From positions 1,260 to 65,259 of the forward strand of contig CAJQMT010000006.1 in assembly GCA_905479475.1 (NCBI GenBank): DNA of 64,000 nt, in the 5' to 3' direction. Of this stretch, positions 38,169 to 48,093 are shown in pieces (within the stretch, counting starts at the first letter, position 1; each line of letters starts with the position of its first letter). Both the position numbers and the translations under genes were made by a program. The notes under the pieces are model-generated. The model was not told the origin of the DNA. It saw only the letters and a list, made by a program, of their open reading frames with translations, and made no database searches. Source of the stretch: an uncultured Flavobacteriaceae bacterium. Lineage in GTDB: Bacteria > Bacteroidota > Bacteroidia > Flavobacteriales > Flavobacteriaceae.

Positions 38169-38993
38169 TTAGATTTTTTCACCGCAAGCACTACAAAATT
38201 TTGCTTCGTCGGTATGATTTTCAAAGCTACAATTTCTACAAGCTGTTGTATTGGTGGCAATTTTTTTAGTTTGAGTGGCATATTCAGCAGAAACAATTCC
38301 TGTTGGTACCGCGATAATGCCATAACCAAGAACCATGACAATAGAAGCGATGAACTGTCCCAAGGTTGTGAGGGGAGTAATGTCGCCATACCCTACAGTT
38401 GTCAGTGTGACAATGGTCCAATAAACACTTCTGGGAATACTTGTAAATCCACTGCTAGCATTTGCTTCTACCAAATACATCACGGTTCCAAGAATAATTG
38501 AAATGACCAAAACTGCTAAAAGAAATACGACAATTTTAGGCCGGCTAGTTTTCAATGCCTTTGCCAATTTATTAGATTCTCCAATATACCGTGTGATTTT
38601 TAAAATTCTAAAAACTCGCAGTAAACGGAGGGCTCTTAAAACAAGTAAGGCATGTGTACCTCCTAAAAACAAAGAGAGGTATTTTGGAATAGTGGCCAAA
38701 AAATCAATGATTCCATAATAACTGAAAATGTATTCCTTTGGTCTTTTGATGGAAACAATTCTCAGAATATATTCAATGGTAAAGAGTAGTGTAATTACCC
38801 ATTCTGCGCGGTTGAAAAAAACATGGTGCTGTGCATTGATAGAGGTTACGCTTTCTAGCATTACGAGTACAATACTTGCTAAAATGGCAATCAGTAACAA
38901 AACGTCAAAGAGTTTTCCTGCTTTGGTGTCCGCTTCATAAATAATTTCATGAAGTTTGTCTTTCCAAGAAATTGTTTTGTTTGACATATTCAA
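38169..38993 (-). CDS. Voltage-gated-type K+ channel with a C-terminal zinc-ribbon tail
   Basis: S4-like LRALRLLRVFRILKITRYI (Arg/Lys at every third residue), selectivity filter TTVGYGD, and C-terminal CRNCSFENHTDEAKFCSACGEKI (CxxC...CxxC). Confidence 0.85.
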   Translation of the reverse strand: MNMSNKTISWKDKLHEIIYEADTKAGKLFDVLLLIAILASIVLVMLESVTSINAQHHVFFNRAEWVITLLFTIEYILRIVSIKRPKEYIFSYYGIIDFLATIPKYLSLFLGGTHALLVLRALRLLRVFRILKITRYIGESNKLAKALKTSRPKIVVFLLAVLVISIILGTVMYLVEANASSGFTSIPRSVYWTIVTLTTVGYGDITPLTTLGQFIASIVMVLGYGIIAVPTGIVSAEYATQTKKIATNTTACRNCSFENHTDEAKFCSACGEKI

Positions 38994-38998
38994 TAATT

Positions 38999-40084
38999 TT
39001 AATAGCGTATGATTCGTTCTGCTCCGCCTTTGTCCAGATGTTTTTTGACAGCATAGCGTGTGTTCATGTTTTTCGCTGTTGGAGTGATTAACTTTTTTAC
39101 GATTTCGATATTTTCAAGATGTTGTGCAAAATCTAAGTAACCAATTCCTAAAACTTCGTTTTCTTCGATCAATACTACTGCTTTTTCACCAAGATGTCTA
39201 CCTTTGTTTACAACAATCATGTTTGCGGAATTGAAAGTAACTGTGTCCAACTTTTTTTTGCGATGGCTGTTGAATTTCGGTTTGTGTTTTTGATAGGCCA
39301 AATCAAATCTCAATTGTGCAAATAGCTCATTTCCTGTTTCTTCATAACTTATTGAAAAAGAGTCTTTTTGTAAGGATTTTGTTGTTTTTGAGCTCCGCGA
39401 AAAGAGTTGATTGATTCCTTTTTGAATATTTTTGTTTCTACCGATATAAATTATTTTTCCATCTTGGTCATGAATATAAAATACGCCTGTTTTTATGGAG
39501 GATTCGTCTATAAATTTCAAAACTTTGTTAGAAAGTACTTTTTTTGAATCCTCTAAAATTTTGATCGAACTTTTGGTGATTTCTTTTTTCAAATCTTTGT
39601 TGAGAAGCAATTCAAAAAGTTTGACTGTTGCCAGGGCATCACTACTCGCTCTGTGTCTCGAGTTCATTGCAATTCCAAGCGATTTACACAATTTTCCTAA
39701 ACTGTAAGAAGGCATGTCGGGAATTAGTTTTTTACTCAATTCAACGGTACAGAGAGTTTCTCTTTTAAAATCGTATCCCAAACGGCTGAATTCCGTTCTT
39801 AAAATTCTGTAATCAAAGGAAGTATTATGAGCAATAAAAACACAATCTTTTGTAATCTCAACAATACGTTTGGCAATTTCAAAAAACTTTGGAGCTGTTT
39901 TGACCATTTTTTCCGTAATTCCAGTAAGTTGGACTACAAATGGTTGAATGGGCCGTTCGGGGTTAACCAAACTTATAAATTGATCTACGATAGTATGTCC
40001 ATCAAATTTATAAACGGCTATTTCTGTAACGCCTTCTTCATTAAATTTTCCTCCAGTCGTTTCTATGTCAATGATTGCATACAT
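38999..40084 (-). CDS. DnaQ-like 3'-5' exonuclease domain fused to a GIY-YIG nuclease domain
   Basis: N-terminal DEDD motifs (YAIIDIETTG, IAHNTSFDYRIL, HRASSDALAT). The central GVFYIHDQDGKIIYIGRNKNIQKGINQLF is GIY-YIG-like. Confidence 0.8.
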   Translation of the reverse strand: MYAIIDIETTGGKFNEEGVTEIAVYKFDGHTIVDQFISLVNPERPIQPFVVQLTGITEKMVKTAPKFFEIAKRIVEITKDCVFIAHNTSFDYRILRTEFSRLGYDFKRETLCTVELSKKLIPDMPSYSLGKLCKSLGIAMNSRHRASSDALATVKLFELLLNKDLKKEITKSSIKILEDSKKVLSNKVLKFIDESSIKTGVFYIHDQDGKIIYIGRNKNIQKGINQLFSRSSKTTKSLQKDSFSISYEETGNELFAQLRFDLAYQKHKPKFNSHRKKKLDTVTFNSANMIVVNKGRHLGEKAVVLIEENEVLGIGYLDFAQHLENIEIVKKLITPTAKNMNTRYAVKKHLDKGGAERIIRY

Positions 40085-40092
40085 ATTTCTTT

Positions 40093-40731
40093 CTAATTGC
40101 GTGCTCCAAAGATAGCACTTCCTACACGAACCATATTGCTCCCATTCTCAATGGCCAAAGGGTAATCTCCGCTCATTCCCATCGATAGTGTTTTCAATGA
40201 AGTAGTGTTAAAAAATGTTTTCAAGGATTTAAATTCTTTACTTATTTGTAGTTTATTATCTGTAAAGCTGGCCATTCCCATCAAACCAACGACTCGAATG
40301 TTCTGAAGTGCTCTGAGTTTTTCGGAATCTAATATTTCTTGTATTTCAGAAAAAGACATACCGAATTTGCTCTCTTCCGTGGCAATTTTGGCTTGTAATA
40401 AACATTCTATGATGCGCGAATTTTTCGTTGCGTGTTTGTTGATTTCTTCAAGTGTTTGAAAACTATCAACTCCATGAATCAAGCTGACAAATGGGGCAAT
40501 ATATTTTACCTTATTCCGCTGTAAATGTCCAATCAAATGCCATTGGATATCTTGGGGTAGTGCTTCATGCTTCTCAACCATTTCTTGGACTTTGTTTTCT
40601 CCAAAAATTCGCTGACCTGATTTATAGGCTTCTAGCACAGCTTCGATGGGTTTGGTTTTTGATACCGCAACCAAAGTGATTTCACTAGGAATGTTTTTTG
40701 AAATTTTTGATAAATTATGCTGAATAGACAT
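40093..40731 (-). CDS. yggS: YggS-family pyridoxal phosphate homeostasis protein
   Basis: LVAVSKTKP (PLP lysine), HLIGHLQRNK, LSMGMSGDY and VRVGSAIFG. Confidence 0.92.
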   Translation of the reverse strand: MSIQHNLSKISKNIPSEITLVAVSKTKPIEAVLEAYKSGQRIFGENKVQEMVEKHEALPQDIQWHLIGHLQRNKVKYIAPFVSLIHGVDSFQTLEEINKHATKNSRIIECLLQAKIATEESKFGMSFSEIQEILDSEKLRALQNIRVVGLMGMASFTDNKLQISKEFKSLKTFFNTTSLKTLSMGMSGDYPLAIENGSNMVRVGSAIFGARN

Positions 40732-40901
40732 TTTTTTCTCTGTTGTTTAGACAAAGATACTTATTCTGTGCAATTCTTTTTGATAAGAACAGATATAAAA
40801 ACCATCACTTGATTTGAAAGGAACAGAGTCAAATTTTTTAGGGACATTTTAAAAAGAACTTAGAGAAGGAAACGCTCCATGTAGTATGCAATGAATCGTC
40901 T

Positions 40902-41780
40902 TTAGTCCGATGTTTTTAAAACAAAAGGATTGAAATTCTTGGTGCCTACTAAAATTTCGTCCCCCACTTTGAGGTTTTCAATTTCAAACTTTTTAGCCAT
41001 GATTTTTACAGAAGTATTTTGAATGCGCACGGTCATACAAAATTGGATGCCTTGCCGTTCTATTTTTGAAATTTCACCAGTGATTTCAAAATTTTCATTC
41101 AAGGAGTTTTGTGTGAAAATAGTTTTTGGAGAACCTTGTTGTGTTATTTTGCCATGATCCATTACAAAAACTTGATCGGAAAGTTTTAAAATTTCTGCTA
41201 TATCATGACTGACAAGAAGAGTTGTCAAACGAAAGGTTTTGTGCACTTGCAACAGGCAATCTTGCAATTCAACCCTAGATTCGTTGTCAAGGGCCGCCAA
41301 AGGTTCGTCTAACAAAAGCAATGCTGGTTTTTGTGCCAATGCTCTTGCAAGGGCCACGCGTTGTTTTTGTCCTCCAGACAAAGTGCCTGGCTTTTGATTG
41401 CAGAGTTCGTCAAGCTTCATCAGTTTTATCAACTGGTACAAATGTTTTGTATCTCTTTTATTGGTGAGTGCGTATTCAAGGTTTTCGAATACCGTCATAT
41501 TCGGAAACAAAGCGGAGTCTTGAAACACGTAACCGATATTTCGGTGTTTTGGGTTTTTAGTGATGTTTTTATTCGAATCAAACCATAGGTCTTCATGGTT
41601 GGTAATCAAACCATGATCAGGCTTTAACAATCCAGAAATCATCCGTAGCGTGGATGTTTTTCCTGCTCCTGAAGCCCCATAGAGACTTGCAAACATTCCT
41701 CTGGAAACATGGATTTTCACATCGATTTTTAATGGATTTTCGCTCGCTTTTAACGTTTTTTCAATATGTGCTTTGATCAT
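40902..41780 (-). CDS. modC: Molybdate ABC transporter ATP-binding protein
   Basis: Walker A GASGAGKTS, LSGGQKQRVALARA, LLLDEPL and a C-terminal TOBE-like domain. ATG at 41780 overlaps the modB stop (ATGA). Confidence 0.85.
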   Translation of the reverse strand: MIKAHIEKTLKASENPLKIDVKIHVSRGMFASLYGASGAGKTSTLRMISGLLKPDHGLITNHEDLWFDSNKNITKNPKHRNIGYVFQDSALFPNMTVFENLEYALTNKRDTKHLYQLIKLMKLDELCNQKPGTLSGGQKQRVALARALAQKPALLLLDEPLAALDNESRVELQDCLLQVHKTFRLTTLLVSHDIAEILKLSDQVFVMDHGKITQQGSPKTIFTQNSLNENFEITGEISKIERQGIQFCMTVRIQNTSVKIMAKKFEIENLKVGDEILVGTKNFNPFVLKTSD

Positions 41781-42448
41781 CTCCTGTACTTTTTTAGAGA
41801 ACCTCCGTTTTGAAGGTACACAAACAATAATATCAAAAAAGTACTCACACACAAGATGAGAGAGTACACATTGGCAGTATTGTAGTTCAATGCTTCCACT
41901 TCGTCGTAAATAGCAATGGAAGCAACTTTGGTTTCTCCAGGAATGTTACCTCCAATCATAAGTACTACGCCAAATTCTCCGATGGTATGTGCAAAGGAGA
42001 GAATAATTCCTGTAAGAAGAGATGCTTTACAATTGGGCAATAAGACTTTAAATAGGGTCGTTGTTTTTGATTTCCCCATGAGCGTAGAAGCGTCGTGAAG
42101 AGAAGTAGGTAAGTTGGTCAGTCCGGACTGAATAGGGTGTACCATAAAAGGCAAGCTGTATAGAATCGACGCAATTACAAGTCCTGAAAAGGAAAACACC
42201 AATTTGATTCCAAGCCATTCGTTTAACCAGCTACCGAAAGCATTTCCCGGACTGAAGGCAATTAAAAAATAAAAGCCTAAAACTGTTGGAGGCAAAACCA
42301 AAGGCATGCTTACCAAAGTTTCAATCAAGGGTTTGAATTTGTTTTTTGTTTGTGACAACCAGTAACCTAGGGGAAGGGCAATAAAAAACAGCAAGAATGT
42401 CGTGACACTAGCCAATTGAAACGTCAATATGATGGGATCCCAATTCAT
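41777..42448 (-). CDS. modB: Molybdate ABC transporter permease
   Basis: 223 aa with 5-6 TM helices and the EAA-like loop DASTLMGKSKTTTLFKVLLPN. It sits between modA and modC. Confidence 0.85.
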   Translation of the reverse strand: MNWDPIILTFQLASVTTFLLFFIALPLGYWLSQTKNKFKPLIETLVSMPLVLPPTVLGFYFLIAFSPGNAFGSWLNEWLGIKLVFSFSGLVIASILYSLPFMVHPIQSGLTNLPTSLHDASTLMGKSKTTTLFKVLLPNCKASLLTGIILSFAHTIGEFGVVLMIGGNIPGETKVASIAIYDEVEALNYNTANVYSLILCVSTFLILLFVYLQNGGSLKKYRR

Positions 42449-42560
42449 CTAACAATCAAGTATTTTGTTTTATAAAGCAACCTTTTTATTTTCTCTAGAA
42501 CCATATTGTATTTGCTATCTATGAAAAGAATTTTGTCTCATTTTTCAATCAATGACAAAT

Positions 42561-43322
42561 TTAAAATTTTGATTCTCTTGTCAAATATCCGAATTTTTTA
42601 AGTGTTTTTTTAGCTTCTGAGGAAAAAAGAAAGCGATAAAACTTTTTCGCAGATTCGTTCTGTCTTAATAAAATCGCTGTTTGTGAAATGGGAAGGTGCT
42701 TTTTCGAAGAAAGCAGCGTCCATTTTCCTTTGTTTTTATAGGGATCGGAACGTACTACAGACAAGGCAGTAAACCCTATTTCTGCTGCTTGAGTACTAAT
42801 GAATTGATTGGTTTGAGAAATGCTTTCTCCGTAAACAAGTTTTTTTTCAAGTTTTTGAAAGTTGGGCAAGGCTTGCAATACTTCGTAGGCAGCTTTTCCG
42901 TAAGGAGCCGATTTTGGGTTTGGCAAGGCAATGTGTTTTATTTTTTCTGATTGTAAGAGAGATAACTCGGCTGTTGTGTCACTCATAGTCCAAAGGACTA
43001 GATTTCCAAAAGCATATATACGAGGTTTGTCTTGATACTTTCCAAGCTTGAAAATTTCTTGCGCGTATTTTTCATTTGCAGATAGAAATAAGTCATAGGG
43101 TGCTCCTTCCGTAATTTGTGCGGTTAATTTTCCAGATGAACTGACAATCAGTTCACAAGAAATTCCAGTGAACTTTGTGAATTTTTTGCACAGATCTTGC
43201 ATAGCAAACTGCATATTGGCAGCGGTCGCAATTCGGATGCTTGGAGCCACTTTTTTTTCAGTAACACATGAAAGTACAATCATTAGGAAAAAGAAGGGAA
43301 ATAAATATTTGAAACAAACCAT
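42561..43322 (-). CDS. modA: Molybdate-binding periplasmic lipoprotein
   Basis: Lipobox IVLSC; IRIATAANMQFAM and ELIVSSSGKLTAQI are typical of ModA. Start taken at ATG 43322. Confidence 0.8.
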   Translation of the reverse strand: MVCFKYLFPFFFLMIVLSCVTEKKVAPSIRIATAANMQFAMQDLCKKFTKFTGISCELIVSSSGKLTAQITEGAPYDLFLSANEKYAQEIFKLGKYQDKPRIYAFGNLVLWTMSDTTAELSLLQSEKIKHIALPNPKSAPYGKAAYEVLQALPNFQKLEKKLVYGESISQTNQFISTQAAEIGFTALSVVRSDPYKNKGKWTLLSSKKHLPISQTAILLRQNESAKKFYRFLFSSEAKKTLKKFGYLTRESKF

Positions 43323-43430
43323 GTTGTTTTTTGCGAGGGATTCAATGTTATTTGTAATATCCATAATTGTACTTTGAAATCATTGCAAAGTTATAAAAAC
43401 ACATTGCACCGTTTGTTTTATCAATATTTT

Positions 43431-46337
43431 TTAGCGCAAGGCTTGTCTCAAAATACTAATTGGGTGCAATGAGTCTCGTTTTGTTCCTGCTGTGATTTGA
43501 TGACGACAGCTTGTTCCAGAAACAGCCAAAACAGTATCTTCAGTGCAATTTCTTATTTTAGGAAACAGGGAGTGCTCTCCAATTTGCATGCTTAGCTTAT
43601 AATGTTCCTTTTCATAGCCAAAGGATCCTGCCATACCACAACAACCCGTGTTTAGAATAGATACGTTGTAGTTTTCAGGAAGGTTTAAAATTTCAAAAAT
43701 TGGATAGGTGCTGCTCAGTGCTTTTTGATGACAGTGGCCGTGAATTTTAATAGTTTTCTTTTTTTTGCTAAAAAGTGCTGGAGACAAGTTTCCTGTTTTT
43801 GTCAAACTTTGTAAAAATTCTTCCAGGGTATGGCAATGTTTTGCAACTCGACTCGCTGCTTTTTTATCTGAAGCGAGACGCAGGTATTCATCTCGAAATG
43901 TAAGTATTGCAGAGGGTTCAATACCTACAAGCGGTACCTCTTCCGAGAGTAGATCTTTAAAGATCTCTATGTTTCGATTGGCGATGTTTTGAGCATAAGA
44001 AAGCATGCCTTTTGAAATGGCACTTCGCCCACTTTCTGGATGCGCTACAACTAAGGGTTGAAACCCGATAAAAGAAAGAAATTCCAGAGCATCAATGCCC
44101 ACAGAGACATCGTAAAAATTGGTGAATTCATCACAGAACAAATAAACTTTCCCTTGCTTTTTCGTCCCTTTGTGCAATCGGGATTTGTTTTTTTTATACC
44201 ACGATCTCAAGGTTGTTTTTTGTAAGATGGGCAAGGAACGTTCAGGAGCAATTCCCAGTAGTTTTTTTGTAAGGTTTCTGTTGCTGATAAAATTGCTCCA
44301 CGCAGGGAGTATGCTTGCGTATGAATTTATTTTCGCATTCATTCCAAAAACAATACTTCGAAATGGACGTTTGTTGCTTTGGTAGTATTGGTGCAAAAAC
44401 TCCGCTTTTAAACTTGCAACATCAACATTGCTTGGGCATTCACTCGCGCAAGCTTTGCAGCTCAAACAAAGGTCAAATACCTCTTTCAATTCTGGATGGT
44501 TGAATTTGTTTTTTTGTGAGCTCTGTGTCAAAAAATCTCGCAGAACGTTGGCTCGTGCTCGAGTGGTGTCTTTTTCATCTTTTGTGGCTCGGTAACTGGG
44601 ACACATCACGCCTCCTGCTTCTACTGATTTGCGGCAGTCTCCTGAACCGTTGCATTTTTCTGCAACGCGTAAAATACCTTTACTATCACTAAAATCCATT
44701 CGTGTTGAAATTTCAGGTTCCTTTCGGTCGGGGTGGTATCGCAAATTTTCTTCCATCGGAAGAGCTGCAATGATTTTTCCCGGATTCATAATTCCCATTG
44801 GATCAAAAACATTTTTTATTTTTCTTAGCAGCTCGTAATTTTTTTCGCCAATCATCAAAGGAATAAATTCTGAGCGTACAATGCCGTCTCCGTGTTCACC
44901 GCTGAAAGATCCTTGGTAGGATTTTACCAACTGTGCGGTTTCGTGTGTTATTTTTCGAAACAAGGCGACGTCTGCTTTTTTCTTGAGGTTTAGAATGGGT
45001 CTCAAATGGATTTCTCCAGCGCCGGCATGTGCATAGTACACTGCATTTTGTTCGAAACGCTCCATCATTTTTGTGAAATCAGCAATGTAATTTGGAAGGT
45101 CTTTTAACTCTACGGCAGTATCTTCTATGCAAGCCACTGCTTTGCGATCCCCTACAATATTTCCTAAAAGTCCCAAACCGGCCTTGCGTAAATTGTGGAG
45201 TTTAGGAATGTCTTTTCCGAAAATTTTGGGATGGTGAAATCCGAAATGATGTTCCTTCAAATCGGCAATCAAAACGTCTGCTTTTTCTTCTGCCAATGCT
45301 TGGGAGTCTGAGGCGACTTCTAGCATTAAAATTGCTGCTGGATCTCCTTGTAAGAAAAATCTATTTTTTTCTTGCTCGCGATTATTTTTGGTACAATCTA
45401 GAATAATTTTGTCCATCAATTCACAATTGTACAATTCGTGTTTCATGGCAACAACAACGGCCTCCAAACTTTCTTTAATGCTATTAAAGTGGACTCCTAC
45501 CATAACTGCAGATTGGGGAGGGATATGGTCTAATTGAAGAACAATTTCTGTAGTGAATGCTAATGTTCCTTCGCTTCCACAAAGTAATTTTGCTAGGTTG
45601 ATTGTTTTGGAGGTTCCTCCAAACAATTCAGAATCCAATAGGCAATCCACGGCATAGCCCGTGTTTCTCCTGTGAATGCTTTTTTTTGGAAATTCTTTGT
45701 GTATTTCTGTTTGTATTTTATGTTGAGACAATTCTTGGAAGATGTTTTTGTAGATATTCCCTTCTAAAGTCTTTTCTTGTGTCTTTTTTAAAAAAACTTC
45801 AGAAGTGATTTCTTGAAAGAGCGCTACACTTCCATCGCTAAGTACTGTTTTTAATTTTAAGATTTTGTCACGGGTTACGCCGTAACGAATGGAGGTTGTT
45901 CCCGAAGAATTGTTTCCTACCATGCCTCCCATCATGCATCGGTTTGAAGTGGAGGTGTTAGGGCCAAAAAAGAGGCCGTTTTCCTTTGTAAAACGGTTCA
46001 AATCGTCACGAATGACTCCTGGTTCTACACACACCGTTTCCTTTTTTTTGTCGAGAGAAAGAATTTTATTGAAATGTTTGGAGGTATCCACCACAATGCC
46101 TTCTCCAATACATTGTCCTGCTAATGAAGTTCCCGCCGTTCTCGGAATCAGTCCAATCATATTTTTATTAGCAAATGCCAATAGTTTTTTTAAATCAGAT
46201 TGGTTCTTTGGAAAGGCAACCGCAAGAGGTGTTTTTCGATATACGGACGCATCTGTTGCATAGATGCTTGTGTAGAGCGCATCGATGTGCAATGCTCCTT
46301 GCATGTTCTGTTTTAGGTTTTCTAAGGCAAGTTTCAT
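43431..46337 (-). CDS. FAD-binding oxidase fused to 4Fe-4S and CCG (GlcF-like) domains (YdiJ-like 2-hydroxyacid dehydrogenase)
   Basis: 968 aa with an N-terminal FAD_binding_4 (RTAGTSLAGQ). It has the Cys clusters CNGSGDCRK...CPS and CLSCKACASECPS, plus C-terminal CCG motifs (GHCHQKA, TGCCGMAGSFG). Confidence 0.85.
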   Translation of the reverse strand: MKLALENLKQNMQGALHIDALYTSIYATDASVYRKTPLAVAFPKNQSDLKKLLAFANKNMIGLIPRTAGTSLAGQCIGEGIVVDTSKHFNKILSLDKKKETVCVEPGVIRDDLNRFTKENGLFFGPNTSTSNRCMMGGMVGNNSSGTTSIRYGVTRDKILKLKTVLSDGSVALFQEITSEVFLKKTQEKTLEGNIYKNIFQELSQHKIQTEIHKEFPKKSIHRRNTGYAVDCLLDSELFGGTSKTINLAKLLCGSEGTLAFTTEIVLQLDHIPPQSAVMVGVHFNSIKESLEAVVVAMKHELYNCELMDKIILDCTKNNREQEKNRFFLQGDPAAILMLEVASDSQALAEEKADVLIADLKEHHFGFHHPKIFGKDIPKLHNLRKAGLGLLGNIVGDRKAVACIEDTAVELKDLPNYIADFTKMMERFEQNAVYYAHAGAGEIHLRPILNLKKKADVALFRKITHETAQLVKSYQGSFSGEHGDGIVRSEFIPLMIGEKNYELLRKIKNVFDPMGIMNPGKIIAALPMEENLRYHPDRKEPEISTRMDFSDSKGILRVAEKCNGSGDCRKSVEAGGVMCPSYRATKDEKDTTRARANVLRDFLTQSSQKNKFNHPELKEVFDLCLSCKACASECPSNVDVASLKAEFLHQYYQSNKRPFRSIVFGMNAKINSYASILPAWSNFISNRNLTKKLLGIAPERSLPILQKTTLRSWYKKNKSRLHKGTKKQGKVYLFCDEFTNFYDVSVGIDALEFLSFIGFQPLVVAHPESGRSAISKGMLSYAQNIANRNIEIFKDLLSEEVPLVGIEPSAILTFRDEYLRLASDKKAASRVAKHCHTLEEFLQSLTKTGNLSPALFSKKKKTIKIHGHCHQKALSSTYPIFEILNLPENYNVSILNTGCCGMAGSFGYEKEHYKLSMQIGEHSLFPKIRNCTEDTVLAVSGTSCRHQITAGTKRDSLHPISILRQALR

Positions 46338-46478
46338 AAAGGAGCGCGTATGGTGTTTTTGTGAGTACTAAAATAAGGATATTTTCAATCCTCACATTTA
46401 TTGAAGAGAGCCACTATTTTTAGGGTACTACAAAAACGATGAATAATTTGCAAAGTGTTTATTGTAAAGAAACGAGTA

Positions 46479-47216
46479 TTACTTGAACTTGTTTTCTTGC
46501 AAGATAAAACTTTCTCCGAGGTATACTTTACGAACTGTTGGGTCGTCAGCCAATTCTTTTGGAGTTCCTTCTTTTAAAATGCCACCCTCATACATCAAAT
46601 AAGTTTTGTCTGTAATGGCCAAAGTTGCTTGTACATCGTGATCCGTAATGAGGATGCCGATATTTCTGTTTTTCAATTGGGCTACAATGCTTTGAATGTC
46701 TTCAACGGCAATTGGGTCGACACCCGCAAAGGGTTCGTCTAATAAAATAAATTTTGGATCAGAAGCTAGGCAACGAGCGATTTCAGTTCTTCTGCGTTCT
46801 CCACCAGACAGCAAATCACCTCTGTTTTTTCGTACATGTCCCAAACTAAATTCTTCTATCAATGATTCTAGTTTTTCGTTTTCTTCTTGTTTGCTTCTTC
46901 CTGTAAATTGCAATACTGAGCGAATATTGTCCTCCACCGATAGTTTTCGAAATACAGAGGCCTCTTGAGCCAAATAGCCAATCCCATTCTGTGCTCTTTG
47001 GTACATTGGGTAGTCTGTAATTTCCTGATCGTCTAAATAAATTTGTCCATGGTTGGGTTGTACCATGCCTACGATCATGTAGAATGAAGTTGTTTTCCCT
47101 GCTCCGTTGGGACCTAAAAGACCGACGATTTCACCTTGATTCACTTCCAAAGAAATTCCTTTTACAACTTTTCGGTTTCCATATATTTTCTGGATGTTGT
47201 CAGCTCTTAGTTTCAT
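46479..47216 (-). CDS. lptB: LPS export ABC transporter ATP-binding protein
   Basis: Walker [25 protein letters not shown] and [12 protein letters not shown]; 245 aa. Confidence 0.92.
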   Translation of the reverse strand: MKLRADNIQKIYGNRKVVKGISLEVNQGEIVGLLGPNGAGKTTSFYMIVGMVQPNHGQIYLDDQEITDYPMYQRAQNGIGYLAQEASVFRKLSVEDNIRSVLQFTGRSKQEENEKLESLIEEFSLGHVRKNRGDLLSGGERRRTEIARCLASDPKFILLDEPFAGVDPIAVEDIQSIVAQLKNRNIGILITDHDVQATLAITDKTYLMYEGGILKEGTPKELADDPTVRKVYLGESFILQENKFK

Positions 47217-47282
47217 GATTTGTATTTAAGATTTGTAAAAGTAAAAATTTCCAATGAATGTTCTTTAAAATCTACAAAAATA

Positions 47283-48092
47283 TCACAAGGATTTTTCTTG
47301 TTTTTTAACAACAAATTTAGAGACATAGATACTGACTTCGTATAGTATCATGATAGGAATGGAAACGATTACTTGACTTGCAACATCTGGTGGAGTAATG
47401 ATGGCTGCAAGAAGCAATACGACTACCAAGGCATGTTTGCGATAGGTTTTTAAAAACGATGGAGTAATCAGTCCTAGTTTTGTTAAAAAATAAATAAGTA
47501 CAGGCAACTCAAAGACAATTGAAACACCAAGAATAGTATTGGTTACCATTGAAATGTAGGAAGACAATGTGAAATTGTTTTGGATGGTATCTGTGATTTC
47601 AAAATGATAGAAAAAATAAACAGACATAGGGACAATAACATAAAAGCTAAACAGTACTCCGACAAAGAATAGGAGTGAGGTTATGAATAAAAATCCTTTT
47701 GATTTTTTTCTTTCATTTTTATGTAGACCAGGAGAAATAAATTTCCATAATTCCCATAATACATAAGGAAATGAAATAATTAGTCCTAGAATCAGAGAAG
47801 ACCATATGGCATTCATCAATTGGTTTGTCAAAGATAGACTTTGTAGTTTTTGAGGAAACTGTACGCCGCAAAAATTACTTTCTATGCCAAAAACTTTGAA
47901 AACATCACAAAACCATTGGTAAGTTGCAAATTCTGAATTCAGGTGAGCTAATAAAAACTCATTGTAAACGGTTGTTTTGAAAACAAATAAGACAATGCCG
48001 CAAATAAAAATAGCGGCGGTTGATCTCACAAGATGCCATCTTAATGCTTCGAGATGTGCTAAAAAAGACATTTGATTATTTTCTTGCGGCAT
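47283..48092 (-). CDS. tatC: Twin-arginine translocase subunit TatC
   Basis: MSFLAHLEALRWHL N-terminus and 6 TM helices; 269 aa. Confidence 0.9.
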   Translation of the reverse strand: MPQENNQMSFLAHLEALRWHLVRSTAAIFICGIVLFVFKTTVYNEFLLAHLNSEFATYQWFCDVFKVFGIESNFCGVQFPQKLQSLSLTNQLMNAIWSSLILGLIISFPYVLWELWKFISPGLHKNERKKSKGFLFITSLLFFVGVLFSFYVIVPMSVYFFYHFEITDTIQNNFTLSSYISMVTNTILGVSIVFELPVLIYFLTKLGLITPSFLKTYRKHALVVVLLLAAIITPPDVASQVIVSIPIMILYEVSIYVSKFVVKKQEKSL

Positions 48093-48093
48093 G

